DNA of 24,040 bases from a virus (IMGVR_UViG_3300020410_000062:1-24040); one strand, 5' to 3'; counted from the first letter of the stretch, positions 8,079-17,485 are shown. Numbers and translations: made by a program. Notes: generated by a model from the letters alone, not told the origin.

Positions 8079-8298
8079 CAGCTTGAATATTTAATTTCTG
8101 TTTCATTACTATCTTGTTGCTGGTTTCTAGAATAATTGCACTATGTTGTTGTATCAAAGATAAAATAGTTTTCTTCATGCTCTCATCTTCGTATTGTAAA
8201 GATTCTGAAAGAGTTGTTCCTAAATGAGACATAGCGTCTGAGTTGATTCTGAGTACTGTAGATTCTGGCGTTTCTATGAATTGTATCGTATCATCCAT
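8071..8298 (-). CDS. Hypothetical protein, last gene of the - arm
   Basis: 75 aa with GAGGG RBS upstream of the ATG. Confidence 0.7.
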   Translation of the reverse strand: MDDTIQFIETPESTVLRINSDAMSHLGTTLSESLQYEDESMKKTILSLIQQHSAIILETSNKIVMKQKLNIQAVS

Positions 8299-8307
8299 TA
8301 TATTCCC

Positions 8308-8511
8308 TCATACGTTTAAATCGACAGTTGATCTGTCAGAAGTGTAGTCTTGTAGTTTAACAGTTCCATCTTGAAATTCATAGAAGATAGTTCTAAAAAC
8401 TCTAGAAAGTCTGCGCTCTTCTCCCAGTCTTTTATTTTCAGTCACGTACTCTACCTGACTACTCTTAGACCAAGTAGAAACTGGTATGCTGCTGGAGACA
8501 GGCTCTATCAC
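8308..8511 (-). CDS. Small hypothetical protein
   Basis: GTG at 8511 forms a GTGA overlap with the upstream stop (GTG at 8514 also possible). Ser-rich N-terminus, ends STVDLNV. Confidence 0.65.
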   Translation of the reverse strand: MIEPVSSSIPVSTWSKSSQVEYVTENKRLGEERRLSRVFRTIFYEFQDGTVKLQDYTSDRSTVDLNV

Positions 8512-8804
8512 CACTTAGCCTTATCAGCCCAGTAGGCTGCGCTCATCTTGCCTTTGGCAATATTTTTAGCATGCCTAGCCTTAAAGCTTTTACGCTTCTT
8601 CTTCATCCTATCAGACTCACCCTTCTTAGGTTTACCTGCGGTCTTAGCACCCTGCTCTCCAAATCTTATAAGCTTGAGCTTGTGTCCTTCTTGAGCTAAA
8701 ACAACATGTGACTTCTTAGCGTGGTCAGGAGTTCTCTTAGGTTTGTTTACTCCCTTCAGTCTGTATTTCTTTAACATTCTTGCTTTACGATCTTCGTGAG
8801 CCAT
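8508..8804 (-). CDS. Highly basic putative nucleic-acid-binding protein
   Basis: Lys/Arg-rich. KLIRFG.QG...RKSFKARH...SAAYWA...W pattern recognised from a conserved small phage protein family. Confidence 0.75.
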   Translation of the reverse strand: MAHEDRKARMLKKYRLKGVNKPKRTPDHAKKSHVVLAQEGHKLKLIRFGEQGAKTAGKPKKGESDRMKKKRKSFKARHAKNIAKGKMSAAYWADKAKW

Positions 8805-9182
8805 TTATTTTCTTCTCCATATGCGTATACCATAGATTGCAGCAAATACTGCAAGGATGAGCCACTGATACCAGTCAGGGGTTTGACTCAATGCTCTAAA
8901 GCCATCTTCTACATAGGTAACAGTACCGGGAATAAAGCTTAGGATTAGAGGGATACTAAGAATTAATAAAACAAATTCATCCTTCCATCCTGAGTTCCTG
9001 ATTTGCTCAAGTTCCCAAGAGTTGTCCATCTGCTGGCCTTTCATAGCCATCTCTAATTTAGTTTTATGTCGAGCAGCTTCTATCTCAAGCTTCTTAACCT
9101 TCTCCTCATGTTTACGTTCACCACGAGCAGAAACAGCATCTACTACCTTCCCACCTAAACCACCTATTAGTTCTTTTAGCAT
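8805..9182 (-). CDS. Putative holin (GTA 3TM holin-like)
   Basis: N-terminal amphipathic segment and coiled coil, then GWKDEFVLLILSIPLILSFIP and PDWYQWLILAVFAAIYGIR hydrophobic helices, and a basic C-terminus. Near the endolysin. Confidence 0.7.
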   Translation of the reverse strand: MLKELIGGLGGKVVDAVSARGERKHEEKVKKLEIEAARHKTKLEMAMKGQQMDNSWELEQIRNSGWKDEFVLLILSIPLILSFIPGTVTYVEDGFRALSQTPDWYQWLILAVFAAIYGIRIWRRK

Positions 9183-9192
9183 CCCCTAGCCT

Positions 9193-9510
9193 CTATATGT
9201 AGTTAACCCAAGAAAAACTTTTTCTATTTTCTAAATAGTCTTTATCTTTTTCATTGGCGTAAGCTTCTTTTTCAAACGGAATAGACAAGTAAGCGTTTTC
9301 TCTTTTTACTAAGCCTTTTACCCAGAACAATACATATAGAACATAGAAAGGAACCACCCACAACTCCTGTTGTTGAGCTAAATGTATTTTTTCGTGAGTC
9401 ACCATGTCCGTATCATCTTTTAGTTCTGGAACTATAAAAGCGAAAGGCCATAAAGCTATTCCTTTTCTCCCGCCACTAAGGATTTTGGCAAATTTTGTAT
9501 AGATAACCAT
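9193..9510 (-). CDS. Small HExxH zincin-like protein
   Basis: GIALWPF..., HEKIH..QQ.E, hydrophobic helix, AY..IPFEKEAY. ATG 9510 follows an AGGA RBS and the upstream TAA, so it is preferred over 9543. Confidence 0.7.
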   Translation of the reverse strand: MVIYTKFAKILSGGRKGIALWPFAFIVPELKDDTDMVTHEKIHLAQQQELWVVPFYVLYVLFWVKGLVKRENAYLSIPFEKEAYANEKDKDYLENRKSFSWVNYI

Positions 9511-9511
9511 T

Positions 9512-9688
9512 TTATTCCTGCTCTTCCTCAATCTCTTTTTCAATAATTTTTATAATATCTTCAATGACAGCTATGTTAGTGTCTATCTGCTGTTTCTGAA
9601 GAAGATTATTTTTAAGCTCTGAGTTATAAACCTCTAACTCAGCTTCTTTACTTCTAGCGTGTCTGTAAGCATTTAAATTAATAATCAT
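9512..9688 (-). CDS. Small coiled-coil hypothetical protein
   Basis: ATG 9688 forms an ATGA overlap with the upstream gene. 58 aa with an acidic C-terminus. Confidence 0.65.
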   Translation of the reverse strand: MIINLNAYRHARSKEAELEVYNSELKNNLLQKQQIDTNIAVIEDIIKIIEKEIEEEQE

Positions 9689-10158
9689 TGTGACCAAAGG
9701 AAAAGAAACAATCCTGCCATACAGACTGCAAAAGCTATTAAACCCGCAGCAAAATAAGTTAAAACTTCTTTAATCATTTTATTTCTTTTTGCTTTAGCTC
9801 TCTTCAACTCAGCTATAGCCTTTTTATGTCTTTCTTTAGACTCCTCTACTCTTGTCATTATTTCAGTATACTGTGAGCCTTGACCACTCATTAATAAACT
9901 ATCTTTTAAAGCTCTGTTAAAGCTTTCGGCCTGACGCTTTGCAAGCTGTAGCTGCATAGATTGTTTCACATCCAGTATGCCTCCTTTGGCCGTCTCTACT
10001 TCTTGTATCCTCTGTTCTACATCTGAGTATTTACCTACTAGATTAGCCATATCAGAGGCATGACCGCCGGTTTCTTTTATGGTGGATAAAGCATCATTAA
10101 GAGATTTGAGAGTTGATATAACTGCTCCAATCGCTGCTGCTTCCCCGATGCCAAACAT
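9685..10158 (-). CDS. Coiled-coil protein with C-terminal transmembrane anchor
   Basis: C-terminal VLTYFAAGLIAFAVCMAGLFLFLW preceded by a basic helix. TAATG coupling to the endolysin. Confidence 0.75.
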   Translation of the reverse strand: MFGIGEAAAIGAVISTLKSLNDALSTIKETGGHASDMANLVGKYSDVEQRIQEVETAKGGILDVKQSMQLQLAKRQAESFNRALKDSLLMSGQGSQYTEIMTRVEESKERHKKAIAELKRAKAKRNKMIKEVLTYFAAGLIAFAVCMAGLFLFLWSQ

Positions 10159-10526
10159 TAGTAGCTCCAGACTCTAGGTCTGGGCCTTCCTGCTGCGTCT
10201 TCTAAAGTGTCAAGATGAATGAATCTGGAGGTTCCTGTCTGATTTACCCCAATGCCTGTGAAGTCCATCGCCAGAGACGCCTTCAGAAGCTCGTAGGCGT
10301 TAGTTCCACTACAGGTAATATCGAGGGCTTGCCCTGATGCATGTGCCCCTGGAGAGCTTTTACGGGCTTCTATGGGGTGGTCTGGGCAGCGGTAGGCAGA
10401 GCTTATAATAAATGGAAAGCCTACCTTCTCTCGTAGAGATTCAACACGCTGCATAAAGACTTGATTCATCCCGTCCTTGCCGCAATGTTGACAATGAAGC
10501 TCATCTACTGTAAAGTATTTATACAT
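10158..10526 (-). CDS. Peptidase M15 family endolysin
   Basis: YF..DELHC.HCG, ISSAYRCPDH, GAH..G.ALDI (H-x6-D) and FIHLD (third Zn ligand). Confidence 0.9.
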   Translation of the reverse strand: MYKYFTVDELHCQHCGKDGMNQVFMQRVESLREKVGFPFIISSAYRCPDHPIEARKSSPGAHASGQALDITCSGTNAYELLKASLAMDFTGIGVNQTGTSRFIHLDTLEDAAGRPRPRVWSY

Positions 10527-13500
10527 TTTGACTCCTTTTTAAAGCTTTTAAAACTTTACCACCTTCAACATAATTAACTGAATCAACATTTATATTTCTA
10601 GAATTAATTTCTATTACTTCATCAGTAGTTCGTCCTAAGATATTAGTTGCAACTCTTGCAATTGAGCTAAATCCTCCTTGAACAAATCCAAGTCTTCTCA
10701 GAGGGTCTTCTTCCGCAATACCTCCACCAAGAAATCCAAGTCTTCTTAAAGGATCTTCAACATCTACAAAAGCACCCCCAGCCTGTTGGTCATAAGGGAC
10801 ACCAGTCATTTTGTCTATACGTTCATCAGGCTCTTCAGCAGCTCTTTCAATATCTACTTCACCACCACCTTCATAATATAAACGTCCTATTTTTTTAGCA
10901 GTCGGTTCTCTTACTACTTCATCTTCAATAGGGTATCCTGCATAATCAAACACATCTAAAACTTCATCTCCAAAAGGAAGAGGTTTTAAAGCTTGCTTTG
11001 TAGCACCTTCAAAATCTCCTGTCCTAATGTTTCTAGATATAGAACCTTCAAAATCTCCTACAGGTGGAGCATAGCTTTTAAACATTTCAGTACCCCAACC
11101 TATAACAGGAACTAGGTTTTCTAACGGGTGCTGTCCACCATGACCAGAAGCAAGTCTAGCTATTTTATCTATCAACACATGGTTAAAATTACCACTGTGT
11201 TGAACACCTGCTCCAATGTTTTTCAAGGTTGCGTAAGCTTCTTTATATGAATCTTCATCTCTCTCTTCTAACCATTTTCCGCTAGGATCGTTTAAGAAAG
11301 ATTTAAAAGTAACAATTCCATCATATAAGGCTAAAGATCCTATCATTTTTACAAACAGTGCATCATCTCCGTCTTCCATACGACTAATAAGAGCATTTGT
11401 TTGTGATGTCTTTGCTTGTGCCCAGGATAAAAATTGAAATAAAGATTTTAAATAAGGATCGTTAGATTGAGACCATGCTCTACGATTAGAAAGCATAGGA
11501 AGAATAGCGTCTCTGTCTGCAGCCCTAGATCCTGCTAGATTTAAAATTCTTTTTCCGTCTACGTCCTGTAAAGCTTCATCAACATTTTTAAACTTTGTTA
11601 AAATATTAATACTCTCATCAGAAAGACCAGCAGCGTTTGCTTGGTTCTGTAGTGCTGTAGTTCTTTTTGTTGAAATTTTATTAGCTATTTCAAAAGCTCT
11701 TTCAATACCTGTGTTATAAGCATATCGCCTTGTAAAATTAGTAAAAGGAACTAGACCATTGTATTTAAAAAATGTCTGGTTCACATTAGTAGATAGCCTT
11801 TGCGCTGTAGAATTAGGGTTAGCAGTAGCTAGTCTGTATTGTCTTAACTCGTGAGAAGCCACATCTCTGTTAGAAAATCCTGTTACAGCGCCTATGTCCG
11901 TATCTTTATCTAAAGATCTTGCAAAACCTTTCATAGCGTTGTAGGCTCCGCTGTTCATAAAAGGCTGGGCAAGCTCTCCTAAACTGCTTATTACAACTTT
12001 AGGAAGATATGCAAGATTAGCTCCTGTTACCATAGTAGACATTACTGCATTAGACATTTGACTATTAGCAGCCCAACTAGATTTGTGAACAGTTCCAAAG
12101 TAAACTTCAACCATTTCATTTACGACATTCAAATGGTCGTCTCTCATTTTAACCAGTCTTAATCTTTCTTTTTCTGTTTTGGCTTTATTCATCCAGCCTC
12201 TAAAATCTGTTCTAATAGCATTTTTAAGAGATGTGATTCCTTCTCCATTAGCTCCAAATCTTCTAGCAAATTCTGCAATAGGTACAGTGCTACTAGTATA
12301 TTCTTTTAACAAGTGATCAATATCTGTCTGAAGAAATCCTTCATCCGCCAAAAGTTTTCTAGCTTCAAAAGATTTAAAAACTCTCTCTTTTTCAAAATGA
12401 GAAGTTAAAGGTCTCATTTTTTTATTGGCTATGTCAGAAAAAGCGGATAAAGGTGCTTTATCAGATCTTCCATAAGTAACCATGCTATCAAACCACTCGT
12501 CAATAACATTTAAATTTATTTTTCCAGGGTCTATTGTCTTTCCTACTGCTTCAGCATCTGCTATTTTTTCTAAAGTATAAGCTTCTCTATAAACTTCTCT
12601 GGCTTTTTCTGTAGTAGCCATTTTAAGTTTATCGTGCATTTGAGGTAAAACGTATTGAACTCTACCGTCTACAATATTAGGCTTCCAGTTCATACCTACT
12701 TTAGTAACTTCATCAGCAAGTTTATCTACTAAACTTTTACCAGCTTCTCCAAGTTTAACAACTTTATCTAATTCTGCATCGTCAAAAGAAAACTTAGATT
12801 TCAAGGTGTCTATATTTTCAAAACCTTCTTCAAGAAGAGTAGCAGCTTTTCTTATTTCTTCTGATCTTCCTCCACCTGCTACACCCAAATCTTCAATTAC
12901 CTTTAACCAAGAAAGATTAAGTTCTTGTTGTAGTAACTCAGATGCTTCTTCTACAGTATTTTTAGATGCTCCTTGCAAACCACTACCTACTTGCTGAAAT
13001 AAAGCTCTGCTTAAATCATGTACTCTTCCACCATAAGCTTGAGCTTTTGCAGCAGCACCGCCTGAGAAAAAAACATTGGCTTGCGCTCGTAAATTGTGAG
13101 ATAACACTTCTTTAATTGAGACTTCTGCAGCTTCTTTAACAGAAGGAACAAATTGACTCTCTACTATTTTTTTAGAAGCAAACCCACCAACAGCCCCTGC
13201 AACCATCCAAGGTACTGGATTAAAGTCTTCGTCACTATATAAACTATGAGCAGCACCCAAACCAAACCCAGCCATAGACCCCATTATAGGTCTATAAACG
13301 GCATGTCGTATAGTGTTTGCGTTTAAGTGTCCATTAACAGATAATTTACCAGCAATTCCAACAACATTATCTGAAATATCTTCAGCTTCATCTCTGATTA
13401 ACTTAGGAAGTTCTTGCCTTAAAAATTTAGTAGCTTCTTTTCTAGATTTTGTTAATCTTTTAAAATCATCATCTTTTAAAATTGTCTGTAGATCTTGAAG

Positions 13501-14370
13501 TTCTTTAAAAGCTCTGTCTTGATCTACAGTTAATGGACGAATAGAAAAGCTTTTTCTTAAATTTCTTTGTCTTCTGTGAAGCTCTACTATTTTTTTAGCT
13601 GCTGCTATTTTATATCCGTTACCAAAATTTCCAACTGTTTTTCCTATAGTGTCTGGAGCTTCATTATAAAAAGAAGATATAGAGCGTTCTAAAGCTTCTA
13701 GTTCAGTAGGTTCCAGGTCAGGAAGAGGATTATCTTTTACTTTAGAAGGTAAAGATTTTCCCTCAGTAGTCGTAATAGTTTTAAGAGGTTCATCTGACTT
13801 AGTTAGTTTTAAACTTTTAGGAAGGAATACAGCACCTCCTACCGCTCCCATACCTGCTGAAAGTCCTAATCCAAGAGGCTCTATTTCATTGCCTTTAGAA
13901 AGTTCTTTGATTGAATAGTCTCCAGCAGCTATGCTGCCCATTGTAGCTGCGCTTAAAAAGCGTCGAGCAGTGTTACTTAGCTGTGCCCCCTTTGCAGCAA
14001 CACCCGCACCTCCTGCAAGATACAAAGGCGCAGCAGTAGGATCAATCACATAAGATCCAATCTCACCTGCCAAAGCCCAGCCAGACTCTTTATCCGCTGC
14101 AGAAAGGTCACTATATTTTCTATCAAGCTCTCTAAGACGTTCTTTTTCTTTTTCTTTTAAAAGTTCTTCATCTCCTCCAGCAGCTATGTATCTAAAAGCA
14201 CTTGTACCTAGCCAGTCAGCTTTTCCGAATCCGTACTGAAGCTGTCTCATCTTAGAAGATTCATACTCTTCAGGAAGTTTTATTTGAGGCGTTTGATATT
14301 TCTTATCAGAAGATTGTTTAAGTAGTTCATCATAATATTTTTGTTCTTCTGGATTTAATATAATTGCCAT
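10519..14370 (-). CDS. Large putative internal virion/ejection protein (1283 aa)
   Basis: Long helical protein with several Gly/Ala-rich hydrophobic segments (LGLGLSAGMGAVGGAVFL, IMGSMAGFGLGAA, WMVAGAVGGFA). Last gene of the cassette before the lysis genes. AAGGA RBS. Function inferred from position and composition. Confidence 0.7.
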   Translation of the reverse strand: MAIILNPEEQKYYDELLKQSSDKKYQTPQIKLPEEYESSKMRQLQYGFGKADWLGTSAFRYIAAGGDEELLKEKEKERLRELDRKYSDLSAADKESGWALAGEIGSYVIDPTAAPLYLAGGAGVAAKGAQLSNTARRFLSAATMGSIAAGDYSIKELSKGNEIEPLGLGLSAGMGAVGGAVFLPKSLKLTKSDEPLKTITTTEGKSLPSKVKDNPLPDLEPTELEALERSISSFYNEAPDTIGKTVGNFGNGYKIAAAKKIVELHRRQRNLRKSFSIRPLTVDQDRAFKELQDLQTILKDDDFKRLTKSRKEATKFLRQELPKLIRDEAEDISDNVVGIAGKLSVNGHLNANTIRHAVYRPIMGSMAGFGLGAAHSLYSDEDFNPVPWMVAGAVGGFASKKIVESQFVPSVKEAAEVSIKEVLSHNLRAQANVFFSGGAAAKAQAYGGRVHDLSRALFQQVGSGLQGASKNTVEEASELLQQELNLSWLKVIEDLGVAGGGRSEEIRKAATLLEEGFENIDTLKSKFSFDDAELDKVVKLGEAGKSLVDKLADEVTKVGMNWKPNIVDGRVQYVLPQMHDKLKMATTEKAREVYREAYTLEKIADAEAVGKTIDPGKINLNVIDEWFDSMVTYGRSDKAPLSAFSDIANKKMRPLTSHFEKERVFKSFEARKLLADEGFLQTDIDHLLKEYTSSTVPIAEFARRFGANGEGITSLKNAIRTDFRGWMNKAKTEKERLRLVKMRDDHLNVVNEMVEVYFGTVHKSSWAANSQMSNAVMSTMVTGANLAYLPKVVISSLGELAQPFMNSGAYNAMKGFARSLDKDTDIGAVTGFSNRDVASHELRQYRLATANPNSTAQRLSTNVNQTFFKYNGLVPFTNFTRRYAYNTGIERAFEIANKISTKRTTALQNQANAAGLSDESINILTKFKNVDEALQDVDGKRILNLAGSRAADRDAILPMLSNRRAWSQSNDPYLKSLFQFLSWAQAKTSQTNALISRMEDGDDALFVKMIGSLALYDGIVTFKSFLNDPSGKWLEERDEDSYKEAYATLKNIGAGVQHSGNFNHVLIDKIARLASGHGGQHPLENLVPVIGWGTEMFKSYAPPVGDFEGSISRNIRTGDFEGATKQALKPLPFGDEVLDVFDYAGYPIEDEVVREPTAKKIGRLYYEGGGEVDIERAAEEPDERIDKMTGVPYDQQAGGAFVDVEDPLRRLGFLGGGIAEEDPLRRLGFVQGGFSSIARVATNILGRTTDEVIEINSRNINVDSVNYVEGGKVLKALKRSQNV
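10684..10758. repeat. Direct repeat, two 27-nt copies at a 48-nt period, encoding EDPLRRLGF twice
   Basis: 10684-10710 aaatccaagtcttctcagagggtcttc versus 10732-10758 aaatccaagtcttcttaaaggatcttc (24/27 identical, same peptide). Confidence 0.9.
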
Positions 14371-14383
14371 TATATTTCCTTAA

Positions 14384-17300
14384 TTAAAATATTCGTTGCG
14401 TGGCACTTTCTGAATTAAGCCTTCCAAAACTTTCAGGAGTTCTTGAGAGAAGACTTTGAGGAGAAGGTTCATAACCTACAGCTTTTAAATATCTGTCAAA
14501 AGTTCCTTTACCTGACTTAGTATTATAATATTTAAGATAATAATTTGCTCTTTGTCCTACACTATCGGGTATTTCCTCTGGTTTTGTTAAAAGATACAAT
14601 CTAGCAAAAAGAGCATTAACTCTGTCATCTTTTAAATCTTCGTACTTAATAGTATTCATATTCTTACCTATAGTATCTTTTAAAAACCCATTAATAACAC
14701 CTAAATGTTTTTTAAACTTTTTAAAAGAAGTTTTATCTCCAACAGCTCTATTCTTTATTTCATCAAAAGCTACTTCATCCATTTGAAATACACCTAAAGA
14801 TCCTCTTCCGGTATCTCCAGAATATATATCATATGTTCCTCTGTCTGTACCTTTATTACTTTCTACTGTAGCTATCTCATCTAAAAAAGTAACAAGATTT
14901 TCTTTTTGTTTATCATCAATAGGTATTAAATTAACCACCTCTCTTATTATATCATCTCCAGTTTCTACAAAAGAGTTAGCTGGGCCTTGAATCGGACCTA
15001 ACTCAGGTGAGCGTGAAGTAATCTGTTGTTCAGCCACAGGTCCAAAAGAATAATCGTCAGGATCAATATCTGCGGGTAGTGCTTTATCCCTTTCCAGAGG
15101 ACGCCTTAATTCAGGATCAAAAAGAGTTCCTGAAACTACAGATGGGGACTCTTCTTCAATAGACGGGGACTCTTCTTCAATTGAAAACTCTTCACCCATT
15201 ATAAATTCATAAGTTTTATTATTCTTAAATAAAACTTTATCACCAAAAGGTGAAACAACATCTGTATCAAGTCCCGGCAAATCTAACCTACTTAATTCTT
15301 TAGAAAGTTGTTTAAATACTGAATTATTTCTCATTTTTTGTGCGGGACTTTCCTCTTGATCTTCAGGAGGAGTAAAAAGATTTCTAGCTTTATGCTTTCT
15401 GGTAATTTTACTAGCTTCTGGATAGCTCATGCCTAATTTTTCTTCTAGATCTTTTATTACAAGTTGTCTAGATTGCATATCTGCTTTAATTATAGCCGCG
15501 TCTTCATCAGAAAACATTCCTAATACATTTTCTATATTATCCCAGTCTGCAGCAGCCCTACCTGCTACCTTATCTAATGTAAATCTAAAAGTTCCACTGT
15601 CATAAACAAGTGAAGAATCTTTAGAGGTCATAAGTGGAAGCTTAGGATTGGTAATTTCCCCACCAGCATCAAGAGTCTTCACATGACTAAGAGCAACTGC
15701 TTTAGATTGTCCATCTTTTACAGCCTTACTGATGGATTCATTAGTAAGAAATCTAGATGGTGGGTCTATGTCTAGATCTGTTTCTACTGTAATTATTCCT
15801 TCAGACACATCAGAAAAAGATTTTTCTAACTCTTCGCTGATTTGATACTCATTAAAATTAAACCCATTAGCTGCTCCGTACTGTGCTAAATCATCAGTAA
15901 GTAGAGTCAAGGCGCTTCTAGATTTTCCTACTTCAAATATCTGATAGTCCTCTAGAACATTTCCTAATCTTTGATTAACTTCAGCCCTAATTCTTGTAAC
16001 AATCTTGCCTCTTAAGTCTCCTTCCAGTTCTATTTTTTTGGCATCAGAAATAGAAATTCCCGGTTGTTGTTCTGCTTTTGAAATAAATACCTCAATGTGA
16101 CGGTCAAGTAAAGCTTGTTGCTTCCTAAGAGAACTTTCTGCAGAACTAGAAATTAAATCAGAACTAATTCTACTTACGTTATCTTCAGCAAGCTTTTTAA
16201 TAGCTTTACTAGTATAAAACCCATCTTGATCTCCAGAATTTATTTCTTTAACAAACTGATAAGAATTTTCTTCTGAGAAAAAAGGTAACAGTTTTTTAGC
16301 AAGCGGTAAATTTTCTTCTGAAATTACTGCAGAAAGACCTCCGGTTTTTATTTTGTTATAAGTTTCATAGTTCTTTATACTTCTAACTCTACTAGCAATC
16401 AATCCCTGACCATCTTTATTATTAATGTACTGACCAACAGAGGATTCAAAATTCTTGTAAGTAATTTTACCAGAGTCTATTCCTAATTTTAAAGCTCTTG
16501 TAGCTAGGGTGTCTAAATCCTTTGTTAATTCAGAATATGCTCCTTTTCCACCATCCATATAAATATTAAAATGCTCTTGTTGTGCTAGTTCTCGCTCTTC
16601 AAATGGCCTTCTCATTGCGTCCAGTCGCAGCCTTTCGGATTCGCTTTTTCTTAGGGCTACTTGACGTTGACGTTCTGATTCAGTAGCAGTCTCAACAATA
16701 TCTTCTAAACCTTGTTCTTTTAAATTATAATTTATTCCTCGCCGCGCCCTAGCAAGAGAGTCGTTATACTCTGTTCTATCTTGTAAAAAACTATAAAAAT
16801 TTGGTGCTGCCTCTGCTCTTGCTTTTGCTTTTAGATCAACTGGTTCATCAGAAAAAATACCCTTTACCTTTCGCAATAAAATTTGACCCGCATTCCCATG
16901 AAGTTTATTTTTTTCTAAAGCTTTTTCAATATCTTCAGAACTTCTAAATCTTCCTTTGCCAAAATCTTCAACAAATTTAATTGAATCGTCTACTAAAGTT
17001 ACACTATTTTCATCTATAGTACTTTGCATAGCTTCAAAAACAGAATTAATTTTTGCTCGTTGTTCTGGAGTGTAGCGTACAGCCGTTCTCCAATCGTTTC
17101 CGACAATTCTATTAAACTCATCATTAGAGCGTACTCGCTGAGTATGTCTAGCTGCGTCATAAATATTCATGCCGTTTTGAGCTGCTGTGTCATTCCAAGT
17201 ATCTATTGTTTTTTGAACTGCATCTACTTCTTTTTCTACGTTTCTTCTTTGCTGAATGATGCCGCCTCTTGCATTTTCTCTTTCTACAAAATCTTCATGC

Positions 17301-17485
17301 TTTTCTGCAAAAGGTTGTTTAATAAAATTTACTGCACCCTGAACTAAAGTTTCACCTATAGGCGAAAGAGCCATATACATTAATCTTTGTTTTAAATAAT
17401 CTTTTTCTCTTTCTTCACGTTCTTTTCTAACATTTCTATAATCTTGAGCGTATGCTTGCCCAATACCTTCTAAAAGATTAGCCAT
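14384..17485 (-). CDS. Putative internal virion protein with C-terminal lysozyme-like/lytic transglycosylase domain (1033 aa)
   Basis: C-terminal region has IATVES (candidate catalytic Glu), G.FQM, NALFARLYL and YY.KYYNT..GKGT, a lysozyme-fold pattern. GGAG RBS and TAATG coupling. Confidence 0.72.
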   Translation of the reverse strand: MANLLEGIGQAYAQDYRNVRKEREEREKDYLKQRLMYMALSPIGETLVQGAVNFIKQPFAEKHEDFVERENARGGIIQQRRNVEKEVDAVQKTIDTWNDTAAQNGMNIYDAARHTQRVRSNDEFNRIVGNDWRTAVRYTPEQRAKINSVFEAMQSTIDENSVTLVDDSIKFVEDFGKGRFRSSEDIEKALEKNKLHGNAGQILLRKVKGIFSDEPVDLKAKARAEAAPNFYSFLQDRTEYNDSLARARRGINYNLKEQGLEDIVETATESERQRQVALRKSESERLRLDAMRRPFEERELAQQEHFNIYMDGGKGAYSELTKDLDTLATRALKLGIDSGKITYKNFESSVGQYINNKDGQGLIASRVRSIKNYETYNKIKTGGLSAVISEENLPLAKKLLPFFSEENSYQFVKEINSGDQDGFYTSKAIKKLAEDNVSRISSDLISSSAESSLRKQQALLDRHIEVFISKAEQQPGISISDAKKIELEGDLRGKIVTRIRAEVNQRLGNVLEDYQIFEVGKSRSALTLLTDDLAQYGAANGFNFNEYQISEELEKSFSDVSEGIITVETDLDIDPPSRFLTNESISKAVKDGQSKAVALSHVKTLDAGGEITNPKLPLMTSKDSSLVYDSGTFRFTLDKVAGRAAADWDNIENVLGMFSDEDAAIIKADMQSRQLVIKDLEEKLGMSYPEASKITRKHKARNLFTPPEDQEESPAQKMRNNSVFKQLSKELSRLDLPGLDTDVVSPFGDKVLFKNNKTYEFIMGEEFSIEEESPSIEEESPSVVSGTLFDPELRRPLERDKALPADIDPDDYSFGPVAEQQITSRSPELGPIQGPANSFVETGDDIIREVVNLIPIDDKQKENLVTFLDEIATVESNKGTDRGTYDIYSGDTGRGSLGVFQMDEVAFDEIKNRAVGDKTSFKKFKKHLGVINGFLKDTIGKNMNTIKYEDLKDDRVNALFARLYLLTKPEEIPDSVGQRANYYLKYYNTKSGKGTFDRYLKAVGYEPSPQSLLSRTPESFGRLNSESATQRIF
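15140..15181. repeat. 21-bp tandem duplication (IEEESPS x2)
   Basis: agatggggactcttcttcaat / agacggggactcttcttcaat, 20/21 identical and in frame. Confidence 0.92.

Noticed and set aside
9685-10158. Unimolecular spanin call
   Set aside because: Has a C-terminal TM helix but no N-terminal lipobox cysteine.
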